A DNA stretch of 23,343 nt from an uncultured Nitrososphaerota archaeon (GTDB lineage Archaea; Asgardarchaeota; Njordarchaeia; Njordarchaeales; Njordarchaeaceae). Location of the stretch: NCBI GenBank assembly GCA_964518475.1, contig CAZFGR010000025.1:1-23343 (forward strand), read 5' to 3'. Shown one piece after another: positions 1-7,983 of the stretch. Position 1 is the first letter of the stretch; every line of letters starts with the position of its first letter. Position numbers and translations under genes: made by a program. A model generated the notes under the pieces. It was not told the origin of the DNA. It did not search any database and saw nothing but the letters and a program-made list of their open reading frames with translations.

Positions 1-150
1 AGCCATTAACTGGCAAGAACTAGGCTGAGAAAAGAGATAAATTTGAAACAAAGCCGAAAATACTAATTCTATAAAAATTTAACCACCACTACATATAAAC
101 TATAATTATTCTTAGTAGTATCAAGAACCTCATCGAACATTTTAGCATTA

Positions 151-1320
151 TTGATTAAAATTTTGGAGGAGATTAAAGTGTTGAAAAATCAAGATGTATG
201 CGCACTCTTTAACAATCTACGCGAAAAAGTTGAACAATACAGCGGCTTAATTGACCTTGAAAATAAATACCCAGAAGAATTGCTAAATACTCTCAAAGAG
301 AACGGAGTACTTTCAGTAACACTTCCTCAGGACGTGGGTGGGAAAAACTGGAACATATTAGAGACTGTCCTATTTCTTCGACTTATAGGCTCTATCAGTC
401 CAGCGCTTGGGTTGTCTCTAATGGTTCATTGTCAGGTCTGCGGGATCTTGAAGTCAGCTATGGATCGCTTTAAGGATTTGTTAGGGAAGATTAGTCAAGA
501 AGGTGTCATTTGTGGACTGGGGATTACTGAGATAGGTGGGGGTTCTGATATAAGTAAGATAGAGACTGTAGCTAAACTAGAAGACGACTCCTTAATAATT
601 AATGGAGAGAAAAGCTTCGTCACCAATGCTGTTTACGCCGACATATTCGCGATCCTAACAAAATTGCCTAAGAACGACTGGGGAATCATTATCGTAGAGA
701 AAAACGATAGTGTAGAAGTAGCACCGAGTCTTAAATTAGTAGGAATGAGAGGCAGCGGTATATCAAAAGTATTTTTCAGAAATACAAAAATACCAAAAGA
801 AAATTTAGTTGCCAGCGGAAAAGATGCTCTAAAACTTCTTTTCACAGTTATTAACTTTGGAAGAATAGCCACTGCTGCGATAAGTATAGGTGTCGTGGAT
901 AGATTGCTTAATGAAGCTTTAAAATGGATAACTACTAGACAAGTTTTCCAAAAATACTTAAGCGAGAATGAATATGTACAGCAAAGAATAGCAGAATTAG
1001 CTTCAAGAGCTGAGACTGCTTGGTTAGCAACTATTAGGGCTGCCAGAGAAATGGATGATGGAAAAGATGCAAAGTATCTCGCAGCGATATCTAAACTAGA
1101 AGCAAGTAAAGTCGCTATGGATACTGCTTTATACATCATGCACCTCTTCGCTAGCCACGCATATGTTCAAGGATCCATTATAGAGAGATTCTATAGAGAC
1201 GCTAAAGCCCTTGAAATCATGGAAGGAACCAGCGAAGTTCAACGTATATTAATATTCAAGGAGATTCTAAAACGTTATGAAAAGAACCAAAGTATATTAT
1301 CCCTTACTCACTATGCTTAA
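151..1320 (+). CDS. Acyl-CoA dehydrogenase family protein (probable true start GTG 178 or TTG 181)
   Basis: ACAD motifs: GITEIGGGSD, INGEKSFVTNA, GMRGSG, FGRIATAA, RQVFQK and IERFYRDAKALEIMEGTSEVQR (catalytic Glu). A GGAGGAG SD lies at 165-171. Confidence 0.93.
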   Translation: MIKILEEIKVLKNQDVCALFNNLREKVEQYSGLIDLENKYPEELLNTLKENGVLSVTLPQDVGGKNWNILETVLFLRLIGSISPALGLSLMVHCQVCGILKSAMDRFKDLLGKISQEGVICGLGITEIGGGSDISKIETVAKLEDDSLIINGEKSFVTNAVYADIFAILTKLPKNDWGIIIVEKNDSVEVAPSLKLVGMRGSGISKVFFRNTKIPKENLVASGKDALKLLFTVINFGRIATAAISIGVVDRLLNEALKWITTRQVFQKYLSENEYVQQRIAELASRAETAWLATIRAAREMDDGKDAKYLAAISKLEASKVAMDTALYIMHLFASHAYVQGSIIERFYRDAKALEIMEGTSEVQRILIFKEILKRYEKNQSILSLTHYA

Positions 1321-1417
1321 ACTCTTTGTTTTCATTTTAATCCATATATTCGCTTACACTTAAATATTTATTTTTACAGATATAGTTAATGGATCGCATT
1401 TCTAGGAGTGGATCATA

Positions 1418-2092
1418 TTGAAATGGAAAATTGAATTCTCTCCAGCTTATTCATTACTTAAAACAAGATTAGAGCCTGGCGAAAAGATCGTCGCTGAAAG
1501 CGGAGCAATGGTAGTGACGAAGGGCGATGTTAAGGTTAAAACTGGTGTGTATGGTGGTATAGTATCGGGCTTTCTCAGGAAAATGTTTGGTGGCGAAAGC
1601 TTTTTCATGAATGAATACACGGGTGGTGGTTCTGGAGGAGAAATATGGTTGGCTCCCGCTTTACCAGGAGATATTGTGTATATAGAGCTTCAGAACTCAG
1701 AGGTTCATGTTCAGGATATGGCTTACTTGGCTCATCACGGAAACATCGATATAGGCGTGAAGTTTAGAGGTTTAAAGGGACTACTAGCTGAGGGAGAGGT
1801 GGTTTGGTTGAAGCTAAAAGGTACTGGTGGTGTATGGGTCTCTGGTTATGGTGGCATAGATGTCATAAATCTCAACCCAGGTGAGGAAGTTATTGTGGAT
1901 AACTTCCATGCCGTAGCTATAGATGGCAACGTAAAATGGAGCATTGGAAAATTTGGAGGATGGAAAACATTCTTCCTGGGTGGCGAAGGTATTGCAATTA
2001 AGGCTAAAGGTCCCGGTAGAATATTCGTCCAGACCAGAATCATACCACAGTTCGTGAAACTGTTGCTCAAATACCTGCCTAAGAATAGATAG
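1418..2092 (+). CDS. AIM24 / TIGR00266 family protein
   Basis: Motifs LEPGEKIVAESGAMV, GGESFFMNEY, LAPALPGDI, GYGGI, VDNFHAVA, GGEG and GPGRIFVQTR. The TTG start follows an AGGAGTGG SD. Confidence 0.93.
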   Translation: MKWKIEFSPAYSLLKTRLEPGEKIVAESGAMVVTKGDVKVKTGVYGGIVSGFLRKMFGGESFFMNEYTGGGSGGEIWLAPALPGDIVYIELQNSEVHVQDMAYLAHHGNIDIGVKFRGLKGLLAEGEVVWLKLKGTGGVWVSGYGGIDVINLNPGEEVIVDNFHAVAIDGNVKWSIGKFGGWKTFFLGGEGIAIKAKGPGRIFVQTRIIPQFVKLLLKYLPKNR

Positions 2093-2301
2093 TTTCTCCG
2101 GAATCTTTTCCCAAATTTATTCTAATGTAAAGCTTTATTCAAAAACATCTTATGAAAGAATCTATACAAAGAAACAAGGAATAGTAGGTTGTTAACCTAC
2201 TATTTCCTATCAATAGTGTTTTCTGTTATTACCTATATTATTTAAAGATAGTTTACGTTGCAATATTTTTGCTCCAGTTATGTAATAGGGGTGTTTTTAT
2301 A

Positions 2302-3324
2302 GTGCGAATCGCGATCATTGGTGCCGGGCCTGCGGGTTTAAGTACTGCTTACAATGCAGCAAAGGATGGTCATGATGTAATTGTTTATGAAGCTGATCCC
2401 TTTGAGAAAGTGCCCTCGAAACCTTGTGGAGAAGCTATACCCGCGGATGCGTTGAGATATACGCCGTTTACTGAGAGATCAGATTTCATTCTCAATAATA
2501 TTAGGAGTGTAATGTTTTACTGGGAGGGCGAATTTGTACGAGAAATGAGAGACTTCCCCTTAGCAAACGGATACATAATCGATAAAAGAGCCTTTCTAGT
2601 GGCTCTGATGGAAGCTGCCGAAAGCGAGGGAGCTAGGATCTTCTTTAATAAACGCATTCTTTATAAAGACTTACCAAAGCTGGATAATTTTGATATGATC
2701 GTGGATGCCTCCGGTATTGGTGTATTAGGACGATATTTTCTAGATTATAAGAATTACAAGACTATTCCAGTGCTTCAAGCTTATGCCCGTGGAGAGAGTG
2801 TTCCGCCTGATACCATTGTTTTTTGGGGTCTAGAAAGAGGATATGCATGGGTCTTTCCTAGAGGAGATCTCTACAATATAGGCGTGGGCGGAATTAATTA
2901 CTCTTCCCAATTCCTTCGAGAAACCCTTGATAAAGTGCTTGAAAAATTCGAATTACAATTAGTAACTAATATACGAGGAAGCTATGTAAGCGCAGGTGGT
3001 CCATTAAAAAAGCTTGTTAAAGGAAAAATACGTGTTGTAGGAGAGAGTGCTGGAATGGTCATGCCTCTGACGGGTGAAGGTATCAGATACGCGTTGATTG
3101 GAGGTACCATGGTGTATAAGGAGAACTACGAAGAATTATTCGATAACACTATTAGACCTCGTCTCGAGAAAGGCGCTTTATTATTAAAGATTGTTCTCAG
3201 GATCCCTAATAAGGGAAGATTGGCTAAAAAAGCAAGTGATGAGCTACTCTACAGGTTCTTCGAAGGTACTTTCAGTATTAAAGATGCTTTCAAGACTCTT
3301 GTAAAATATATAAGCCTTAAATAA
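2302..3324 (+). CDS. Geranylgeranyl reductase family flavoprotein, short divergent paralog (ORF track start 2269; GTG 2302 preferred)
   Basis: N-terminal IAIIGAGPAG, KPCGEA, VDASG, GYAWVFP and VGESAGMVMPLTGEGI. A GGGGTG SD at 2288-2293 precedes the in-frame GTG at 2302. Confidence 0.88.
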   Translation: MRIAIIGAGPAGLSTAYNAAKDGHDVIVYEADPFEKVPSKPCGEAIPADALRYTPFTERSDFILNNIRSVMFYWEGEFVREMRDFPLANGYIIDKRAFLVALMEAAESEGARIFFNKRILYKDLPKLDNFDMIVDASGIGVLGRYFLDYKNYKTIPVLQAYARGESVPPDTIVFWGLERGYAWVFPRGDLYNIGVGGINYSSQFLRETLDKVLEKFELQLVTNIRGSYVSAGGPLKKLVKGKIRVVGESAGMVMPLTGEGIRYALIGGTMVYKENYEELFDNTIRPRLEKGALLLKIVLRIPNKGRLAKKASDELLYRFFEGTFSIKDAFKTLVKYISLK

Positions 3325-3373
3325 GTGATTAAGTGAATGAAATCGGATCAAAATGATTATTTAATATACCAAT

Positions 3374-4342
3374 GTGAATCATGTAACAAGAGGCGAGAAG
3401 ATGCACAAAGAGAAACAGAAAATACAGGAATTCACTAGTCTTTTAGAAAGATTACGAGCAGAAGTTGATGAGGGTATAAACGAGCTTATTAGCCGAATCC
3501 CATATATTAGACAGTTAGCCGAAAGAGCTTTGCGTGGAGGGAAAAGATTCAGAGGAGTTCTTGTTTTAGTTTTCTCGAGAGCGTTAAGAGGCAATAGTAG
3601 ACTCGCTAAATACTTCGCAGCCATTATAGAATTTATACATGCCGCTACACTACTCCATGATGACTTTATCGACGGACACCAGGTTAGGAGAGGCTTACCA
3701 GCTTTTTGGAAAGAGTACGGTGCTAAATTAGCTGTACTGGTTGGGGATTTCTTATTCACTGCTGCCAGTCAATTCACTAAATACATATCTAATGAAGCGT
3801 TAAGATTTCTAGCCACGACCATATATAAAATAACTCTTGGAGTCTTAATAGAAACCGACCCCAAACTTTATACAAAAGATATTACCAAAGCCTATACTTT
3901 AATGAATAGATTAAAGACTGGCGAACTATTTGGAGCAGCATCTTATCTAGGAGTCCTCTCATCGGGAAGAAGAGAATACCTAAGAAATGCCTATAAGTAC
4001 GGTATCTTAACTGGCGAGGCCTACCAGATAGCTGATGATATTTTTGATCTGAGACTCCTCAAAAGCGGTGTTAGTAATGTTGATCTTAAGCCATTAAAAC
4101 TAGCTATCCTGAGCTTCTGCGAAGATAAATACTCAGTAGATGAGATCTTAGAGATAACGAAGGAAGAGACCTTACTAAGAATTGCTGAAGAGATAAATCT
4201 CGAACAAAAATTGCTTGAGTTAATGGTGAAAAGGATCTATGCTGGAATAGAAGCAATACAGGATCTACCCGATAGTTTTGAGAAGAAAGTTTTGATTGAT
4301 GCTCCAAAAATAATGGTTGATATTATGTTGCGTAAAGGCTAA
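3374..4342 (+). CDS. Trans-polyprenyl diphosphate synthase, predicted medium/long-chain (probable start ATG 3401)
   Basis: GGKRFR, FARM ATLLHDDFID...RRG, AVLVGD, KTGELF and SARM YQIADDIFD. Confidence 0.92.
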   Translation: MNHVTRGEKMHKEKQKIQEFTSLLERLRAEVDEGINELISRIPYIRQLAERALRGGKRFRGVLVLVFSRALRGNSRLAKYFAAIIEFIHAATLLHDDFIDGHQVRRGLPAFWKEYGAKLAVLVGDFLFTAASQFTKYISNEALRFLATTIYKITLGVLIETDPKLYTKDITKAYTLMNRLKTGELFGAASYLGVLSSGRREYLRNAYKYGILTGEAYQIADDIFDLRLLKSGVSNVDLKPLKLAILSFCEDKYSVDEILEITKEETLLRIAEEINLEQKLLELMVKRIYAGIEAIQDLPDSFEKKVLIDAPKIMVDIMLRKG

Positions 4343-4347
4343 TGAAT

Positions 4348-4887
4348 TCATTCTGGAACCGCTTTTAACAAAGTACTTAACAATGCTAAGCCGCCAATAA
4401 ACAGAGCGATTAGCTCGCTAAGCGTTAGAACCACGACAGCTTCTATGTATGACGCGCCCATTGAAAGCCCTGAAAGCTCTGGTGGTGCTAAGAAGACCAG
4501 CTCGTAGCCTATTAACAGACCTATTATCAGGGCACCTATTAATGCCCCAACACCTCCTAGGATTATTCTCAACTCTCTTCTTAGATTAAGTTTCCTTGAA
4601 AACATCCCTAGGTAATAGATCACTAAGCACACCAGTAGATTCGTGACCGGCCCGAATATTAAGTCCCAAGGCTGTATCGGGGAAACTAGATTTGCTAGGA
4701 ATCCTCCAAGCGTTAAACCTATGACAGCACTCTTCCCATACTTCTTATGAAACGGTATAATTAGCATGGCGTCACTTATCCTAATCTGGTTTATCAAATA
4801 GGCAATAGGCATGATCGCATAAGTCAATGCAGTATAGGCGGCAGCAAGTACAGCTACTTTTATCCAAGAAATCTCTTCTGTCATCAA
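4348..4887 (-). CDS. queT: QueT-family ECF S-component (7-deazaguanine precursor transporter family)
   Basis: Motifs AAAYTALT...PIAY..NQIRISDAM, GLTLGGFLANL.SP...WDLIFG and late SELIA, with about 5-6 hydrophobic helices. A GGTGA SD lies on the minus strand at 4891-4895. Confidence 0.85.
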   Translation of the reverse strand: MMTEEISWIKVAVLAAAYTALTYAIMPIAYLINQIRISDAMLIIPFHKKYGKSAVIGLTLGGFLANLVSPIQPWDLIFGPVTNLLVCLVIYYLGMFSRKLNLRRELRIILGGVGALIGALIIGLLIGYELVFLAPPELSGLSMGASYIEAVVVLTLSELIALFIGGLALLSTLLKAVPE

Positions 4888-4895
4888 TCTTCACC

Positions 4896-4923
4896 ATACG
4901 TAATTATACGTATTAATACGTAT
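4896..4923. promoter_or_regulatory. Triple ATACGTA repeat with exact 10-bp period; putative operator of queT
   Basis: ATACGTA occurs at 4896, 4906 and 4916. 4906-4923 (ATACGTATTAATACGTAT) is a perfect 18-bp palindrome. The array lies between the queT TATA box and its SD. Confidence 0.75.
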
Positions 4924-4934
4924 CCTCGATAGAG

Positions 4935-4950
4935 TATAAAAATTTTACTT
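4935..4950 (-). promoter_or_regulatory. Putative BRE + TATA box of queT
   Basis: The minus strand reads AAGTAAAATTTTTATA, about 50 bp upstream of the start codon. Confidence 0.6.
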
Positions 4951-5295
4951 TTGAGATCTCTTTCTTCGACATAATTCTCCTTAATACTCTTTAAAAAAGC
5001 AAAAAATAAACTGATGCTCTCCATGAAACATTTGAAAACTTATAGAAGCTCATTCGACTCTTCAGGATATACACTATTGTATCCCCGATGTTTTCTCCTA
5101 GTTCGCTATCAATCGTGAGAAAATTTTTACCCTATCTGACTCGGTTAATGCATTATTTTTCTATTTTTACTTCAGAATAATGCTTCTCAATTCATTAGAA
5201 TTATCTTAGATAGAGTTAATGTTCATGTTTCCTAGTTATTATTTAAATTCCTATTTTCAAGTATTATAGTGACCTAAATCTTTTGGTGCTCTACT

Positions 5296-6696
5296 ATGTA
5301 TGATGTTATAATTATCGGTGCTGGGTTTACAGGACTGCTTGCTGGATCTCTTCTCGTTAAGGATGGGTATAAAGTTGCTATTTTCGAAAGAAATAGTTTC
5401 GTTGGTGGCAGAGCCGCTACAAGGACTCCTAAGGAATGGGGATGGGCAGATAGAGAGGATTACCTAATTGATTTTGGTCATCATATTTTCGCTACTAATA
5501 ATTATCTAGAATTCATCTTGGATAGAGTTGGGGCAAAGAAATATTTCAAATTCGTACCTCTTAAAATGCCTTATTTCTACAAGAATGGTAAGTTGCATAA
5601 GCCTCCGGTTGGTATTATTGAGCAAATAAGAGCGTATCCATGGATCTCCTTTGGATCAAAGTTAAAACTTAGGAAGTTTCTGTCATATGTAAAGAAAGTT
5701 TCCTTTAGGGAGGTTATTGAGAAATGGGCTTATAGGCCCTTAAATGATCTCTACGACGAATTCGGTTTCGATGAGAATGCGCGTGAACTTTTCACAGATG
5801 GTTTTGTAGCTGGTTATCAAACAATTACTGATACAAATAGGAACTCTGCTGGCGACTTAATTCTCTGTATGAAAGCCTATCTTAAGGGAATTAAGAAATA
5901 TAAGACTCCAGTATTCTCTGCTGAAGGCGGCGTAGGGAAAATCGCTGAAGCATTACATAGAGTTATTACGGAGAGTGGTGGAGAAGTCCACCTTGAGAAA
6001 AATGTTCAAAAAATTATTGTCGAAAACGGTGAGGCAAAAGGTGTTATGGTGGATGATAAGGTCATAGAAGCAAAGAAAATTCTCCTAGCTGCTCCAGTAT
6101 ACTATCTTCTTGATCTAATAGAGGAGGAAAAAATGCCTGAGGACTTTAAGAAGAGGCTAGAAGAGGGGAAGAAAGAAGCTACAAAACTTTTCCTGATACT
6201 TGGTGGCGCCAAGAAACCTTTGAGAGATATACCAACAGAAACATGGATACTGGTGCCTAGGTCAGAGGTTAAGAAAGTAGAATCATACTACTTGATTTAT
6301 GAAGTAAGTCCAGAGCTTAAGCAGGCCCCCGAAGGAAGATATGTGCTAAGTATTGCTGTTTTACCTAAAGAGGAAGACCTCCGTGACAAGGATGCATTAG
6401 CCAAAAGAATGATAGAGGACATGAGCAACCTATTCCCCAATTTCGACTTTGAGAATGATTGGGACTGGAGAAACGAGGTACTGTTCCCGATAGTTGATGG
6501 AATTGGAAGAACTATTGATTGGTACTGGGAAAAAAGGCTAGGCCCAGAAACACCCATAAAGAATCTATACGTTGCCGGTGATTCTGCTCAAGAATTAAGT
6601 TCAGGAGTAGACGGATGTGCAAGCTCCGCAATATTTGCGGTAGAAGCTATAACTGGAAAGAAATTAATAAACTCGGAAGAATTTTATAAAATCTAG
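5296..6696 (+). CDS. FAD-dependent oxidoreductase of the phytoene-desaturase/amine-oxidase fold, with marked Rab-GDI/REP-like colinearity
   Basis: [43 protein letters not shown], APEG and [18 protein letters not shown] (TATA-like) lies at about 5242 and a GGTG SD precedes the ATG. Confidence 0.85.
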   Translation: [466 protein letters not shown]

Positions 6697-6881
6697 TGTA
6701 ATCTAGTTTTTAATTTCCCCTAATCCACATTTTTATTGTCCTTAACACAAGATATAACCGTGACTCATCCTATCCTTATGCGACTTCGTATTTAATAAGT
6801 AAATACAAAATATTATCATTATTGTTACGTTACTAGAAAAACACTTAGGAGTTCTAGCATCTTCTTATGGAGGGGTTCCTC

Positions 6882-7187
6882 TTGAAAAAGAAGCTAACCT
6901 TAACAGTAGAGGCCGAAACCGTCGAGAAAGCAAAGAAGAAGGCTTCAGAAATAGGTTTGCCTCTATCAAGGATTGTTGAGAATGCATTAAAATTCTTCGC
7001 TGATCCCGAGGTCTATTGTTTCTCTTGCGGACATAGATTTAAGATAGAGACAGCAGAGGTCTGCCCAAAGTGTGGATGGTATAAATGTCCGAAATGTGGT
7101 GCTTGTGGCTGTCACTTAGGTGATGAGGGCGCTAAGGTAGCGTTTTATATGCGAAAAACACTTGTTGAAATCTTCAGTAGAGCGTAA
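6882..7187 (+). CDS. Ribbon-helix-helix (DUF6364/CopG-like) DNA-binding protein fused to a Cys-rich Zn finger (ORF track start 6867; TTG 6882 preferred)
   Basis: KKKLTLTV beta-strand, then EAETVEKAKKKASEIGLPLSRIVENALK helices. The C-terminus CFSC...CPKCGWYKCPKCGACGCH has 8 Cys plus His. A GGAGGGG SD precedes TTG 6882. Confidence 0.8.
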   Translation: MKKKLTLTVEAETVEKAKKKASEIGLPLSRIVENALKFFADPEVYCFSCGHRFKIETAEVCPKCGWYKCPKCGACGCHLGDEGAKVAFYMRKTLVEIFSRA

Positions 7188-7242
7188 ATCTCTATGTAAG
7201 TGATTTTTGGTTCCTTAGCATCTAGACGATTGTTTCGAATAG

Positions 7243-7983
7243 GTGCTGGAGAGGATCCGATTGCTTTTAGAGATTATTAATCTAAGAGTTGTTATGGATA
7301 GCAGAGAGATTCTTAAGGACATTTCGCTCCGTTTTGAGGGGCCTGGTCTTTATTTTATTCTAGGTCCCAATGGTAGCGGGAAATCTACGTTACTAAGAGC
7401 TATGGCTCAATTAATAGATTACGAGGGATCCGTCATAATTAATGGTAGGGATGCTAAAGAGTTTAATAGATTGGAGCTTGTTAGAACCCTTGGTTATGTT
7501 TGGCAGAACCCCTTCTACGGATTTTTTGAGGCTTCTGTTAAGCGGGAAATATCATTTATTCTGAAGAACATTGGTGAAAGCCTTGATAAGATGTATAAAT
7601 TGGTCGAATTTTTCGGAATTCAAGACCTACTAGAGAGATCCCCCTTCACTCTGAGCGGGGGTGAGGCGAAGAGAGTTTGTCTCCTAAGCGTTTTGGTCGC
7701 TGATCAATCTATACTTCTACTAGATGAGCCAGAAACCGAGCTTGACTTAGACGGCCTATCCAGACTTATCCAGTATCTTAAAGAAAACGTGAATTCTAAA
7801 CTAATTATTGTTGCGACTCCTAATCCCTTGCTAGCGTATAAGCTAAGGACGTTGCTTCGAGGAATAGTGCTAATAAAGGATGGTCAAATAGTCTCTGTTG
7901 GAGGCGTTGAATTGCTTGAAAATGATGGATTACTTATAGAAACGGGGATCGTACCTATGAGGTGGTGGTATGAACCTTCTTAG
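7243..7983 (+). CDS. ecfA: ECF-type ABC ATPase (A component; probable start TTG 7261)
   Basis: Walker A GPNGSGKST, Q-loop VWQNP, signature LSGGE and Walker B LLLDEP. It overlaps the downstream T-component gene. The H-loop His is replaced by Pro. Confidence 0.88.
   Translation: MLERIRLLLEIINLRVVMDSREILKDISLRFEGPGLYFILGPNGSGKSTLLRAMAQLIDYEGSVIINGRDAKEFNRLELVRTLGYVWQNPFYGFFEASVKREISFILKNIGESLDKMYKLVEFFGIQDLLERSPFTLSGGEAKRVCLLSVLVADQSILLLDEPETELDLDGLSRLIQYLKENVNSKLIIVATPNPLLAYKLRTLLRGIVLIKDGQIVSVGGVELLENDGLLIETGIVPMRWWYEPS

Noticed and set aside
1-70. Tail of an upstream CDS (AINWQELG*, 2-28)
   Set aside because: Too short to support within this window.
4896-4925. Mini-CRISPR or iteron interpretation of the repeats
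   Set aside because: The 7-bp unit with 3-bp spacers is far too short, and no cas or rep gene is nearby.
4888-4935. preQ1 riboswitch upstream of queT
   Set aside because: The predicted leader is only about 25 nt and has no preQ1 stem/A-rich tail pattern. The repeats fit a DNA operator better.
2302-6696. Carotenoid cluster (crtE-crtI)
   Set aside because: There is no phytoene synthase (crtB) or cyclase in the window, the synthase is not GGPPS-type, and the oxidoreductase is not clearly CrtI.
6871-6883. 13-bp AGGGGTTCCTCTT repeated at about 21036
   Set aside because: A few 13-mer matches are expected by chance in a window this size, and the two sites share no context.
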